Assembly: GCA_951406725.2 (NCBI GenBank)
Contig: OX597822.1
Coordinates: 98,580,001-98,644,000 of the forward strand
Length of the DNA: 64,000 bases
Direction of reading: 5' to 3'
Source: Octopus vulgaris
Lineage: Eukaryota
The notes under the pieces were generated by a model, which was given only the letters and a program-made list of their open reading frames with translations, was not told the origin of the DNA and did no database searches. Both the position numbers and the translations under genes were made by a program. Of the stretch, positions 1-12,704 are shown piece by piece (positions within the stretch are counted from its first letter, which is position 1; each line of letters opens with the position of its first letter).

Positions 1-149
1 AAGAAGGCCATGGCCTGGCATTGCAAGCATTGTCGTTTAAGCTTTTCAGAGAAACCCATTATATTCGAAAATGCTGTAGGATGGTCCTGTCAAAGATGCG
101 CGCAGGGGGACCTAAATGCTCTGCACATTATCATTATTATCATTATTAT

Positions 150-365
150 TAAAGCGGCGAGCTGGCAAAATCGTTAGCACGCTGGGCAACATGCTTAGTG
201 GCATTTCGTCCATTATTACATTCTGAGCTCAAATCTCGCCGAGGTCGTCTTTGCTTCTCATTATTTTGGGTACGATAAATTAAGTACCAGTGAAACACTG
301 GGGTTCATATAATCGACTAGTTTCCTCTCTCGGAATTTCAGGCCTTGTGCCTATAGTAGACAGTA
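150..365 (+). mobile_element. tRNA-derived SINE, family B (diverged copy)
   Basis: Head GCGGCGAGCTGGCAAAATCGTTAGCAC, B-box-like GAGCTCAAAT, central GGTCG...GATAAATTAAGTACCAG block; homologous to copies at 19647, 20624 and 27170. Confidence 0.8.
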
Positions 366-454
366 TTATTATTATTGTTGTTGTTGTTGTTGTCTTTGTT
401 GTTGTTGTCTTTGTTGTTGTTGTTGCCGCTGCTACTGCTGCTGTTGTTGTTGTC

Positions 455-522
<68 letters not shown>

Positions 523-553
523 CATTATTATTATTATCATTATTATTATTATT
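365..553. repeat. Compound (GTT)n/(GCT)n/(ATT)n microsatellite
   Basis: Directly visible trinucleotide runs. Confidence 0.95.
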
Positions 554-881
554 CTATGTTTGACATTTGCTTTACATTTGCACAAGCTGGCTCCAAGTCT
601 CACCCAGAGACCTCATGAGACAACAAGTTGGAAGTTCATGTTGGTGTTATGCCTAGGGTGCCATATATTTGGTTTTGTATTTAGTGTTGTACTAGTGAAG
701 GCCTAAAAAACCATACGAAAATTATGTTTGTTTTAAAACTTGAGATTACAAAGAAAGTATTTTGCGTAGGATATGAGCAGTTCCTATATAGCACTATCTT
801 TTGAATTTCTGCTATTTTGGGGTTTCCTGGTATCTGAGTTAGGTAGCAATCAGCCCCTTTTGCTATCATTTCCAGGGCACA

Positions 882-882
<1 letters not shown>
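554..882 (-). mobile_element. 3' fragment of an RLE-type (Dong/R4-like) LINE: C-terminus and 3' UTR
   Basis: Minus strand reads ..ALEMIAKGADCYLTQIPGNPKIAEIQKIVL..(frameshift)GTAHILRKILS, matching the C-terminus of the long copy (IQKIALPGTAHILRRALS); (ATT)n on both sides. Confidence 0.75.
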
Positions 883-932
<50 letters not shown>

Positions 933-1749
933 GTTACTTCTCAGAACGTTCGGTTTTGTTTGTTCTGGCAGATTCTCAGAGCCTGCTGTTAGCGGTCTCA
1001 CAGGATCTCTTTGCGCATATTATAAGCTTTGATACTTGGTTGTTAATTATCGTTATTGTGGGAGACATTCAACATCCAAGTAGGAATCTCAAAATGCTAG
1101 CAGTCCCCAGCAGAACAGTTTTGTGGGTATGATCTGCTCTCATGTCAATTCCGATTTCTTTGACACATTTCTCGAAGTTGATTGTTACTACTCCGAGTGC
1201 CCCTACAACTACTGGAATGACAGCCACTCTTCGCATAGTCCGCATTCTTGCAATGTCGTCTTTTAATAGTCTGTACTTTTGAATTTTTTCTAGTTTTCTG
1301 TCACTTATACGTGCATGTCTAGGTATTGCAATATTTATGATCTTGGTTTCTTTTTCTTTTTCCTTTATTTAAACCAACAATATCTGGTCTCCGAACCTCG
1401 ATTAGGGAGTCACATTGGATTGTAAAATCCAACAGTATCATTTGTTCCTTGTTTACAGTGACTCATTCTGGTTCATTTTCGTACCAATTCCGTGGTCTGT
1501 TCAGGCAATATGTTTCACATGACCTCCAGTGGATGAACTTAGCCACGTTAGAATGCCTAATTTTGTAGTACTTTGGGGCCAGTTTCCTACACTCACTACA
1601 ATATGTGAGGTTGTTTCGATTCTGATGCTACACATCCAAAATAGGCGCGATTGGCTACTTTTATCTATTTGGAACTTGGTGTCATTAGTTCTCAGATTTT
1701 GTTCCTGGGCACTGCATATCAATGTCGCAGAGCATCCTTTCAGATCACT
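933..1749 (-). mobile_element. Degenerate 3' fragment of a second Dong/R4-like LINE family (zinc knuckle + RLE)
   Basis: Minus-strand remnants SAQEQNLRTN..MCSIRIETTSHIV (zinc-knuckle region) and VAVIPVVVGALGVV..KTVLLGTASILRFLL; frameshifted; flanked by (ATT)n. Confidence 0.75.
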
Positions 1750-1771
1750 TATTACTATTATTATTATTATT

Positions 1772-1891
1772 CAGTAGTTTTATTTTTATAGCGTGCTTTC
1801 ACTTCACTACCGAGCGCAGCTCTGTGTGCCTTGGGTATGTGCTGTGATTTGTTGTGATGCTCTAATGGTTATTGTATGGAAAGTGTTCTGC

Positions 1892-1892
<1 letters not shown>
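1772..1892 (-). mobile_element. About 120-bp 3' end of the same Dong/R4-like family as 2261-5460
   Basis: Near-identical to 2261-2375 (CAGTAGTTTTATTTTTATAGCGTGCTT...GGAAAGTG); bounded by (ATT)n. Confidence 0.9.
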
Positions 1893-1950
<58 letters not shown>

Positions 1951-1952
1951 CA

Positions 1953-1996
<44 letters not shown>

Positions 1997-2008
1997 ACTT
2001 ATTATTAC

Positions 2009-2041
<33 letters not shown>

Positions 2042-2076
2042 GATTATTATTATTATCATTATTATTATTATTATCA

Positions 2077-2107
<31 letters not shown>

Positions 2108-2219
2108 TATTTATTATTATTATTATTATCATTATTATTATTATTTATAATTATTATTATTATCGTTATTATTATTATTATCATTATTTTTAATTTTATT
2201 ATTATTATTATTGTTATTA

Positions 2220-2250
<31 letters not shown>

Positions 2251-2260
2251 TATTATTATT
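1893..2260. repeat. (ATT)n/(TAA)n microsatellite, about 370 bp
   Basis: Directly visible. Confidence 0.95.
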
Positions 2261-5200
2261 CAGTAGTTTTATTTTTATAGCGTGCTTCACTACCGAGCGC
2301 AGCTCGGTGTGCCTTGGGTATGTACTGTGATTTGTTGTGATGCTCTGATGGTTATTGTATGGAAAGTGCTCTGCGTAGGATGTGTGCAGTGCCTGGTAGT
2401 GCAATTTTCTGTATGTTATATGTGTTTGTAAGTCCTGGTGTTTTTGTTATGTATTTGTCTGAATATTTTTTTATCATGCCTAATGCACCCACTATGATAG
2501 GAATTGTTTCTGTTTTTAGATTCCACATTATGGTTACCTCCATTTCCAGGTCTTTGTATTTTGAGAGTTTCTCCATTTCTTTTAGAGACACGTTGTCATC
2601 TGCCGGTATTGATACATCAATTAGAAAGCATTTTTTTTTCTTCATGATCTCTGACAACTATATCTGGTCTGTTGGCCTTAATTTCTCTATCTCTGTGTAT
2701 CGGCATATCCCAGAGTATGGTTGCTTTCTCGTTTTCTGTGACCTTTTCTGCTGTGTGCCTATACCATCTTTTTTCTGTTGTTATTCCATAATGTTGGCAT
2801 AGCTTCCAATGTATGTAGGTTCCAACTTTGTCATGTCTGTGAATATATTCCTTCTTAGCCAGGACTGGGCAGCTAGAGATAATATGATTTATTGTTTCTT
2901 GTCCATCTCCACATATTCTGCAGTTACTTGTTATATTTCTTTTCATTATATGTTTTTGGTAATTTCTGGTGGGAAGGCTTTGGTCTTCTGCTGCAATTAA
3001 AAATCCCTCTGTTTCTGCTTTGAGTCCTGAGCTTCTCAACCATTGCTGGGATTTTTCTTTGTCTATTTCTTTTGCGTTTAGTTTAGTCCAGTATTTACCA
3101 TGAAGGGGCTTTTCTTTCCATCGTTTTATCATGGTTCGTTGCTGTTCTATTTTTAGTTTGGATTTCATTTGTTTTATAGCTTTTGTTGTTTCTTCATCTT
3201 CTTCTTCTTCTTCTTCTTCATATTTATTAGGTGGTATGATTTCTTGTTTGTATTTGTCAGCTTCCTTAAATACTGAGAACAGTTTTTTGTTTTGATCGTG
3301 TTTTGCTGCTATTTTTATCAGTTTTCCTTCCTTCTGAAGTAGATATTTTTGCAGTCCTATGGTGGTTATTTTATAGTAGTTTTCCAGCTGTATAAGGCCT
3401 CTACCACCTTCTACACGTTGTATATATAGTCTTTCTATGTCAGATTTTGGGTGATGCTTCCTAGATCCTGTCATTATTTTTCTTGTTTTCCTATCTATTT
3501 TGGTCAGTTCATTTAGTGTCCAGTTAAGGATATTGTAGCTGTAATTTGTAACTGGGACAGCTAAAGTGTTAATACCTATTATTTTGTTTTTAGCATTGAG
3601 CTCTGTTTTTAGTATTGATCTAACTCGTCTATAATATTCTTTTTTTATTTTCTCTTTCATTTGTGTGTGCTGTGTCTTATCTAGTTCATGGATTCCTAAG
3701 TATTTGTAAGTTTGGCTTTGGTCTAATTCTTTTATTTCATTGGTTTTATCTAGTGTGACGTTGCTACTCTTAACTAATTTTCCTCTTTTCATGGTTACTT
3801 TGGCGCATTTTTCTAATCCAAATTTCATATCTATTTCTTTGGTAAATCCATGAACTGTCTTTAATAGTGTTTCCAGCTGTTTGTCATTTGCAGCGTATAG
3901 TTTTAGGTCATCCATATATAAAAGGTGGGTGATCGTTTTGCCGTAACATTTATATCCGCATCCAGTTCTATTTAGCATATCAGATAGAGGTGACAGTGCC
4001 AAGAAGAAAAAGAGTGGAGATAGCGTGTCTCCCTGGAATATTCCTCTTCTAATGGGGATGTCTTTGGTTTTCATGAGTCCCTCTTTTGTTTGGAGGTGTA
4101 GCACTGTTTGCCATTTATTCATAGAGTGCCCTATGAATTTTATGATTGTTGCTGCTACTTTGTTAATGGCTAGTGTTTCGAGGATCCATGTATGGGGGAT
4201 TCTATCAAACGCCTTTTTGTAATCGATCCAGGCCATACTGAGGCCTTTCTTCTTCCTGTAGCTGTCTTCAGTTATGGTTTTATTAATCATTAGTTGATCT
4301 TTACAGCCATATGAGCCTTTGCGGCATCCTTTCTGCTCTTCTGGGAACAGTTTGTTTTCGTCCAGGTGCTTGTTTAACCTTTGCGATATTACTGCAGTAA
4401 ATGCCTTGAAGATTGTAGGGAGACAGCTTATTGGTCTGTAGTTTTCTGGTTTTTCTGTCTCATTTGATTTGGGAATTAAGATGGTTTTCGTCTTCGTGAG
4501 CCATTCAGGCATTGTCTCTGGCTCTGCCAGTATGTTGTTAAAGTTTTCAGCCAGCTTTTTGTGCATTCCTGTTAGATATTTCAACCAGAAGTTGGGGATC
4601 TTGTCATGTCCAGGTGCCTTCCAGTTGCTTAGTCTTTGCAGTGCCTGGGTGACCTCTTCAGTTGTTATGGGGGTCCAAAGTTGTTCGGATGCTGAGTTTG
4701 TTATTTTGATGCTCCTTTTTTTTTGGTTGTTCGTTCGCCGACCATATTTCTCTCCAGAATTCTTCCACTTCTTCTGCCGTTGGTGTTGCAGTGATTTTTA
4801 TTTTATTTTTGCCAAGTTCTTGGTAGAATATTTTGGGGTTGGAGTTGAACTTTTTGTTTTGTTCAAAGAATCGCTGGCATTTCTCGTACCGGCGGATCCT
4901 TTGTGCTTTGGCAAGGATATCTTGCTTCAGCTTTTCTTTTATCTCAGGTAAATCTTTTTCTGTGATGTTATATTTGCGGAGTATTTTTGTTTTCTTTTTG
5001 TTGCTCAGTAGCGTTGATTGTCTGCTGATTTCATTAAGAATCGACAGATCTTTTCTCATTTTTTGTATTTTGTTTTGGATGTTATTTATCCACAGGGTTT
5101 GTTTGGGTGGTGGTACTCCTGTTTGGATGGGTTTGATTGAGTATCCAGCTTCTTTTGTGGCTGCAGTGGCTGCTGCGTATACTAAGTCATTTAGCTCAGT

Positions 5201-5460
5201 GATATCGCTTTTTGTTTCAGTGGCTATTAGTTCCGTGACGGCTAGGTTTATGCTGTTTATAATTGGTGTTGTTGTTTCGTCTATTTTGATTCTTGGGAGG
5301 TATGGTCGGTGGTCCATTTTGAGCTCTGTGGTTTTCAGTTCTTTGATTATTTTACTTTATATATTATCATAATCATTAGGCTCCCCTTCGTTGTTTACAT
5401 CGTGTTTGTTGGGAATGTTCCGTTTGTGTTCGTGTTTTACTGTTTCAGTGTTTAGTGTTA
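2261..5460 (-). mobile_element. 5'-truncated non-LTR retrotransposon, RT + RLE (Dong/R4-like clade)
   Basis: Single RT-zinc knuckle-RLE ORF, short 3' UTR, (TAA)n arrays at both junctions. Confidence 0.9.
2352..5460 (-). pseudogene. Disrupted reverse transcriptase / CCHC zinc knuckle / restriction-like endonuclease polyprotein
   Basis: ORFs 4658-5317, 2617-4584 and 2352-2657 join. Motifs NWKAPGHD, NYRPISCL, IDYKKAFD, GIFQGDTLSP, YMDDLKLY, CRICG..ETINHIISSC, RHD, RPDIV..LIDVSIP..KYKDL. Frameshifts near 4720 and 2635; in-frame TAA at 5357-5359. Confidence 0.92.
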
Positions 5461-5463
5461 TTA

Positions 5464-5509
<46 letters not shown>

Positions 5510-5545
5510 GTTATTATTATTATTAGTATTAGTATTAGTATTATA
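5461..5545. repeat. (ATT)n microsatellite at LINE 5' junction
   Basis: Directly visible. Confidence 0.9.
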
Positions 5546-5889
5546 ATTCTGAAAGACCTGAATAACTGGAAATCCAAAGGAGCGATATCTGGTGAATATA
5601 GAGGGTGGGGTAATACATCCTAGCAATTTTTGTCTGGTTCCCAAAACATCAAGTGCTGAAAATAAACATTCGTATCTTCCATTTTAAAGGGTTACCGAAG
5701 TAACACAGGTTATAGGAAAATATACCTTCTTTCACGAAAAGATAGCTTAAGCTGTGCTCTAAATGGAGGTGTAGTCAAATCCTATTTTATGGACTTAATC
5801 ATGTTCTAAAATAAGTCGAAAGTTAAGCTGCTATAAATCAGCACGAACTTACCGGACAACCCAACATTATTATTATTATTATTACTCAT

Positions 5890-6100
5890 CGAGTCGACGA
5901 GTTGGCAGAACCGTCAGCACGTCAGACCAAACGCTATGCCGCATATCTTCCAGTTCTCTGAGTTCAAACACTACATATGTAGATTTTGTCTTTCATACTT
6001 TCGGGGTCAATGAGATAAACTTTCAAACTGGAGACGATATAATCGAATTACCCCTCCACTCAAAATAACTGGCCGTGTAACAAACTTACAAAATATTATT
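5890..6100 (+). mobile_element. Old SINE family B copy
   Basis: GAGTTGGCAGAACCGTCAGCACG...CTGAGTTCAAA...TTTCGGGGTCAAT resembles family B. Confidence 0.6.
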
Positions 6101-7129
6101 AGTCTTATTTTTTGTTGCTGTTGTTATTGTTATAGCCGTTGTTGCTATTGCTATGCAACTTTCAGCAATATAGTTTGCAATTATTGCCATAAATTTTATT
6201 CGTGCTTACATTTTGTATTATTCTTTACTAATTATTTCATGAATCTTGTTATCCATTCCCCCCCCCTATTTACTTCGAGTGTTTCTATTTACTATTTACT
6301 GTTTCACTCTGGGGTTTCTATTTTCTTATATACAGCTGCTGTTTACTTCCATTATGTTATTGTTAGCATTATGATATTTTTTTCTGTATATCTCTAAACT
6401 ATTTTTTTTACAGTATAAAGTTTCGACAACTTTTCTCATATTTTTTTAATCTGCATTTTATCATTATTTTCTTCAGCACTTGATCGACGGTGTATTCCCA
6501 TTTCTGTATATACCCTGCTGTTTCATTCTTACAATAACACACAGTATTTATATGATAAATGCTTTTTGTATGCTTAGCGATTTGTGTGCGATGCTTTTGT
6601 TTACATACTTAATCTGCTTGGCGTGTTTACATCTATTTCTTTACACGGAAAAATTTTTCTCCGTGACAAAATACAGTGAATGGCTTTCTTACGTGTTCGA
6701 ATATGCCACAAGCATGTTTAAACCATTACTAAGTTTGTATTCACGTACATCACTGTTTAACGCTTTTTTTTTTCGTATTCTATTTAAAGCAAGTCACCAA
6801 TTAACTCGACAGGTGACAATACAATGGCGGGAAAATAATAAGATTTAACATCGCTTGTCAGTATCAGATAGTCAAGAAAAGATAACCACCTCGAAAAAAA
6901 TGCAGCCATCTGTCTGGTTAGAGGGCGCTTTGAACATATATGCTGTGTTTAACACCCATTTGTTGAAAGCGAGAAAATTTCTCAATGACAAAATTCAGTG
7001 AATGGCTTCATCTTGTAAAACGTTTGTAATTTTAAATATCATACCATAGCGTTTCTGTCCATCTTTTTAAACAATTTTTTGCATCACACTAACACGCACA
7101 CACACACACACACATGCACACAGAAACAC

Positions 7130-7181
<52 letters not shown>

Positions 7182-7860
7182 GTAAGTATGTTCTGTTCTA
7201 TTTCAAATGCTTTCAAATCTTCTATGTAAGGAGCTACTTTCTAACGAAGATACAAAACTCTGTTGCTTGTGTGCGAGCATTTGCATAGGTACATGTGTGA
7301 ATATTATATAAATCATTGTGGCTGAGTTTAATATATCAAATCTATACAATTGCTTTGTTTGTATGCATGAATTTAGGATTACATAAAATTGCATTTTCGT
7401 AAGTTCATTTATTCCATTCGTATATCCGTCTTCGTTTGCCCATGCATGTATGTGTGGATATCACACACACATGCACACACCCACACACCCACACACCCAC
7501 ACACACCCATATGTATATATGTGTGTGTATGTGTGTGTCTTGATTATGTGATCGACCAGAGTACCAGATTTCGTTATACGTCGCTGATCACAATGTGCTT
7601 TGCATCGTTTACGTTACGAATGATGCGACCCGGTGGCAAGGCGAGCAGATTATACATACACATCAAGCACGTGCTGGGAGTAATTACTCAGGGTGGGCAT
7701 TTGGTGACGTTTATGTAGTAAAATACACAACAAAATAAGCGAAACACAGACGCACGACTGAGATGGAGGCAGATTTACTTCTGCCTCTATAGCGCGTAAA
7801 GAAAACGTTGTTTTAGGAATGTACGCAGCACGTGTACTACAACAATACTCTCTTTTTTTT

Positions 7861-8083
7861 CTTTTACTCTCTTTTACTTGTTTCAGTCATTTGACTGCGG
7901 CCATGCTGGAGCACCGCCTTTAATCGAGCAAATCGAACCCGGGACTTATTCTTTGTAAGCCCAGTACTTATTCTATCGGTCTCTTTTGCTGAACCGCTAA
8001 GTGACGGGGACGTAAACACACCAGCATCGATTGTCAAGCAATGCTAGGGGGACAAACACACACACAAACACACATACACACAC

Positions 8084-8121
<38 letters not shown>

Positions 8122-8283
8122 GACAGGCTTCTTTCAGTTTCCGCCTACCAAACCCACTCACAAGGCATTGGTCGGCCCGGGGCTATAGCAGAAGACACTT
8201 GCCCAAGATGCCACGCAGTGGGACTGAACCCGGAACCATGTGGTTGGTTAGCAAGCTACTTACCACACAGCCACTCATGCGCC
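7861..8283 (-). mobile_element. tRNA-derived SINE, family A (CORE-like block, internal microsatellite)
   Basis: Minus strand: head GTGGCTGTGTGGTAAG, B-box-like GGTTCAGTCCC, CORE-like CTTGGGCAAGTGTCTT, internal (TA)n(TG)n, tail GGCCGCAGTCAAATGACTGAAACAAGTAAAAGAG; 12 copies in the window. Confidence 0.9.
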
Positions 8284-8639
8284 TATACTATACATAGTTT
8301 TAATACTGAGACTGAGAGGCAGGGGTGAAATATGCCTTACTAATCTACAAAGAAAAAAGAATATTTTGCATTTTATGCATAATAATCAGAGTAACCTTCA
8401 TAATATTATTGAATTTTGCCATAATAGGAAAATGCTACTATCGATCCATCTCATTCCGGGTAGGCACTGCCTACCTTGCCTACCCAGGTGACACGTCACT
8501 GACACACACATATATACATATATGCATTTGTGTGTAGGCGTATGTGTGTGTGTATTCACTTTATAAATTAAATATGCTTTTCAAGTGAAGACATACGTTT
8601 TGTTTTTTTTCATTTTAGCTTTAATCTAAATGTATGTAT

Positions 8640-9053
8640 CTCTTTTACTCTTTTACTTGTTTCAGTCATTTGACTGCGGCCATGCTGGAGCACCGCCTTT
8701 TAATCGAGCAACTTGACCCCGGGACTTATTCTTTTTTAAGCCCAGTACTTATTCTATCGGTCTCTTTTGCCGAACCGCTAAGTGACGGGAGACGTAAACA
8801 CACCAGCATCGGTTGTCAAGCAATGCTAGAGGGACAAACACAGACACACAAACATATACACACACATACATACATATATATACATATATACGACAGGCTT
8901 CTTTCAGTTTCCGTCTACCAAATCCACTCACAAGGCATTGGTTGGCCCGGGGCTATAGCAGAAGACACTTGCCCAAGATGTCGCGCAGTGGGACTGAACC
9001 CGGAACCATGTGGCTGGTTAGCAAGCTACTTACCACACAGCCACTCCTGCGCC
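8640..9053 (-). mobile_element. SINE family A, full length
   Basis: High identity to 7861-8283. Confidence 0.9.
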
Positions 9054-9488
9054 TATATATGTATATGTATGTAAGTATGTAGTATGCATGTATGCATGTA
9101 TCAATGTATGATGTAAGTATATATGAATATATGCAGAGACAGAAGAGAGAGAGAGAAAGAATGTAAGAAGGAGCAGAAGAAAGATAGAATTTCTTTCGTA
9201 TTGCCATATACTATGTTCACCTTCCATTTTCTCCCTCGAATTTTATTGAGCAATTACAATCGCTCTGTACAATATATCTTTCTATATCTTTAATATTCCT
9301 AATTTCACTGTTGTGCTTAGTTTAAGTTGTACCTGTCTAGCATAATAAAACAGTGCCAGAAATATTCATCTTCATAAAAAACATACCGTTTTATTCATCA
9401 CCTCGTATACACTCAGTGGCATTTTCTGACGATTATCTCTCTTTCTCCGTCTCTCTATCTGTGTGTGATGTGTATGTATATGTATATG

Positions 9489-9547
<59 letters not shown>

Positions 9548-9584
9548 TTGTGTGTATACATATACATACATACATATATATATA

Positions 9585-9621
<37 letters not shown>

Positions 9622-10183
9622 GTTTGAATGCGAGTTCGTCCTTTAATCGGAGTAATTTCCAAAGATTTCTAACACTGTTTCTTCATAGTCTACTTTTGAA
9701 TTTACTTGTGTAAATCAGTGTAAATATGAAAACAATTATGTAGAAATACTTTATATATGATTTAACTTTTTTTACACAGTTCAACAAACTAATTCATATC
9801 TATGTAAATGTAGGAGGCTGGATGTTAACACGGATGAAAATTTTTCTTACACATATCGTTATATAATAAATTTCATACAAAATGACAGATATTCATAATA
9901 GAACATTGGAATTGTCAAATTGTACTCGTCGGTTGCTTGCGTAAAAACGAAGAAAGACATTAAAAGCACATAGATTTTCTCTTAGTAATCACGCTGTAAT
10001 GTGTTCGTTCTAGGAGTCATGTCTAGACTTTAATCCATGTTAACATCTAATCTCCTTCACTAACATAAATATGAATGAATTTGTTTAACTGTTTGTAATA
10101 AGTTAAATCATATACTAAGTATTTTTTTTTATGTGTGTGTGTAAATGTATGCATGTATGTATGTATGTATGTATGTATGTACG

Positions 10184-10234
<51 letters not shown>

Positions 10235-10259
10235 CTATGGATCTATTTAAATGCATATG

Positions 10260-10314
<55 letters not shown>

Positions 10315-10357
10315 TTATACATAGATACTTAGATACATACATATATATATATATCTG

Positions 10358-10690
10358 AGAATCCTAACCCTCACGACACTGACCATGGCATTGCACCTGG
10401 ACAGTTACCCTCCCAGGCACAAGTCTGGGCAAGGCTGTTTATGGAAGACCAGCAGTCGCCCATGCATACCAGCCTCCCCTCTCCACGCCACTGATGTTAT
10501 CCAAGGGAAAGGCAAAGTCCAATACAGCTTGGCACCTGTGACGTCGCAACTCATTTCTACAGATGAGTGAACCGGTGCAATGTGAAATAAAGTGTCTTGC
10601 TCAACAACACAACACGCAGCCCGGTCCGTAATTCGAGCTCACAACCTCACGATCGTAAGCTCGACGTTCTAACCACTGAGCCATGCGCGT
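10358..10690 (-). mobile_element. tRNA-derived CORE-type SINE, family D
   Basis: Minus strand GCGCATGGCTCAGTGGTTAGAACG (A box)...GCTCGAAT (B box)...TTGAGCAAGACACTTTA (CORE-like). Confidence 0.75.
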
Positions 10691-10691
10691 T

Positions 10692-10751
<60 letters not shown>

Positions 10752-11021
10752 ATGTATTTTTATATCTTGTTATATTCATTTAGTTATATCTCACCATATT
10801 GTTTGTAATTATTGTACTGTATTAATGTCTAATCTCATTGCTATTGTGTAGTGTTTTAATAAAGTATATGATTCGGTATTATCTGATAGTTGATGATTGA
10901 TTTAGGTATATTTCTCCATTTTCTCATTTTGTATATATATACGTGTATATTTACACCACAATATTTAAAACCTTTGATTGGCAATTACTTATATATACCA
11001 AGACGTAACTGACCTTAACCT

Positions 11022-11246
11022 ATTTCTTTACTACCCACGACGGGCTAAACACGTAGAGGACAAACAAAGACAGACAAACGGATTAAGTCGATTACATTAA
11101 CCCCAGTGCGTAACTGGTACTTAATTTATCGACCCCTAAACGATGAAAGGCAAAGTCGACCTCGGCGGAATTTGAACTCAGAACGTAACGGTAGACGAAA
11201 TACGGCTACGCATTTCGCCCGACGTGCTAACGTTTCTGCCAGCTCG
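11022..11246 (-). mobile_element. SINE family B, full length
   Basis: Reverse complement of the 20624-20858 copy, including the GTAGTAAAGAAATA tail. Confidence 0.9.
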
Positions 11247-11444
11247 ATATCAGTTCCTAAAAGACTCTGGACTGTTTTACACTTTTTTATTTAATACATT
11301 ATGACGCTTACTTTACCTTAAGTATTTACATATATTTGCATATCTGTCGTTGCAATCGAGAATGACTGTCACCTAGTATTTAGAGTATTGAGCTCACGAT
11401 CGCTATACAGTGGATCCGATGCGTGGGTTTTTTTACTCTTTTTC

Positions 11445-11760
11445 GCTTTTTACTTGTTTCAGTCATTTGACTGCGGCCATGCTGGAGCACCGCCTTTAGT
11501 CGAGCAAAATCGACCCCGGGACTTATTCTTTTGTAAGCCCAGTACTTATTCTATCGGTCTCTTTTGCCGAACCGCTAACTAACGGGGACATAAACACACC
11601 AGCATCGGTTGTCAAGCAGTGCTAGGGGAACAAACACAGACACACAAACATATTCACACACACTTATATATATATATACATATATACGACGGGCTTCTTT
11701 CAGTTTCCGTCTACCAAATCCACTCACAAGGCATTGGTCGGCTCGGGGCTATAGCAGAAG
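11445..11760 (-). mobile_element. SINE family A, head missing
   Basis: Homologous to family A up to GGGCTATAGCAGAAG. Confidence 0.85.
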
Positions 11761-12036
11761 GGTTGTGTAGTTCTTTGAGTGGAGTACTTTATTTCACGTA
11801 GTTCCAGCGTTTCATTCATCAATGAGTTACCAGCGGCAGCTAGATTTGAACCTTGAGCAGACCGGGTCTTGTACAAGGAGTAGAAAGTATCTTCTACTCC
11901 CATTCAACCTGACGAGTTCGTGGGCCCTGTTTCTCTCTGTTTTCTCTCTCTCTCTCCCTCCCACTTATACACATGCACACACAACACACACACGAAAGAA
12001 AGAGAGAGAAGGAGAGACAGAGAGTAAGTTAGAGAT

Positions 12037-12075
<39 letters not shown>

Positions 12076-12258
12076 AACAAACAAACAAACAAACAAAGAA
12101 GGAAAGAAAGGAAGTGTGCGTGTAAACGCGACAAAATATACTAAGACAACATTTGTCCTTTTGTCACAACGCTTCCTTTCTTTTACTTCTCGAATTCTAA
12201 AGAATTTTAAAGACTTTTATGTCACCAGTTGCTATATCTACGTGCCATGAATAGTTTA

Positions 12259-12704
12259 GGATCTTTTTCGGTTTGAACGGCAGTTTTTTAAAATAACTTC
12301 CACGTAACTAAACACTTTCAAACTTCGTATACTGGTAGAATGTGTTTATAAAACATCTTTTTCTCTTGGCTTTATTGAGAAAATGTTATAGTTTGTAAGA
12401 TATTTGTTGTTTTTTTTTCTTCAATTTCTGCAATTTCAACCAATCAATGATGTCTATTGAGGTGAAAACATTCTGTGCTGTATGAATATGTCCCTCGTTT
12501 AAGAAACAGATTGGGTTTATTTACATTTCTGAAGAAAAAAGATACCCTTCGCCCCACCCCTAACCCTAACTCTAGCCCTAACCCTAACTAACCCTAACCC
12601 TAAAACAGATTGAAATGCAATAGATCGATACTAGGGTCATAATTATGGGTGACAATTTCATATGACACCGCTAGAAAAAACTGCCGTTCAAACCGAAAAG
12701 ATCC
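12259..12704. mobile_element. MITE with about 30-bp TIRs, 8-bp TSD and internal (CCCTAA)n
   Basis: TIRs GGATCTTTTTCGGTTTGAACGGCAGTTTTTT / AAAAAACTGCCGTTCAAACCGAAAAGATCC; TSD ATAGTTTA at 12251-12258 and 12705-12712. Confidence 0.9.

Noticed and set aside
280-2266. Poly-I/L/N/Y ORFs
   Set aside because: Translations of (ATT)n and (GTT)n microsatellites.
2359-5372. Plus-strand ORFs overlapping the LINE
   Set aside because: Antisense shadows of the RT ORF with no motifs.
8031-9207. Recurring ORFs such as [29 protein letters not shown]
   Set aside because: Translations of SINE family A, repeated at every copy.
12558-12603. Chromosome end or true telomere
   Set aside because: Short, imperfect and enclosed within MITE TIRs.
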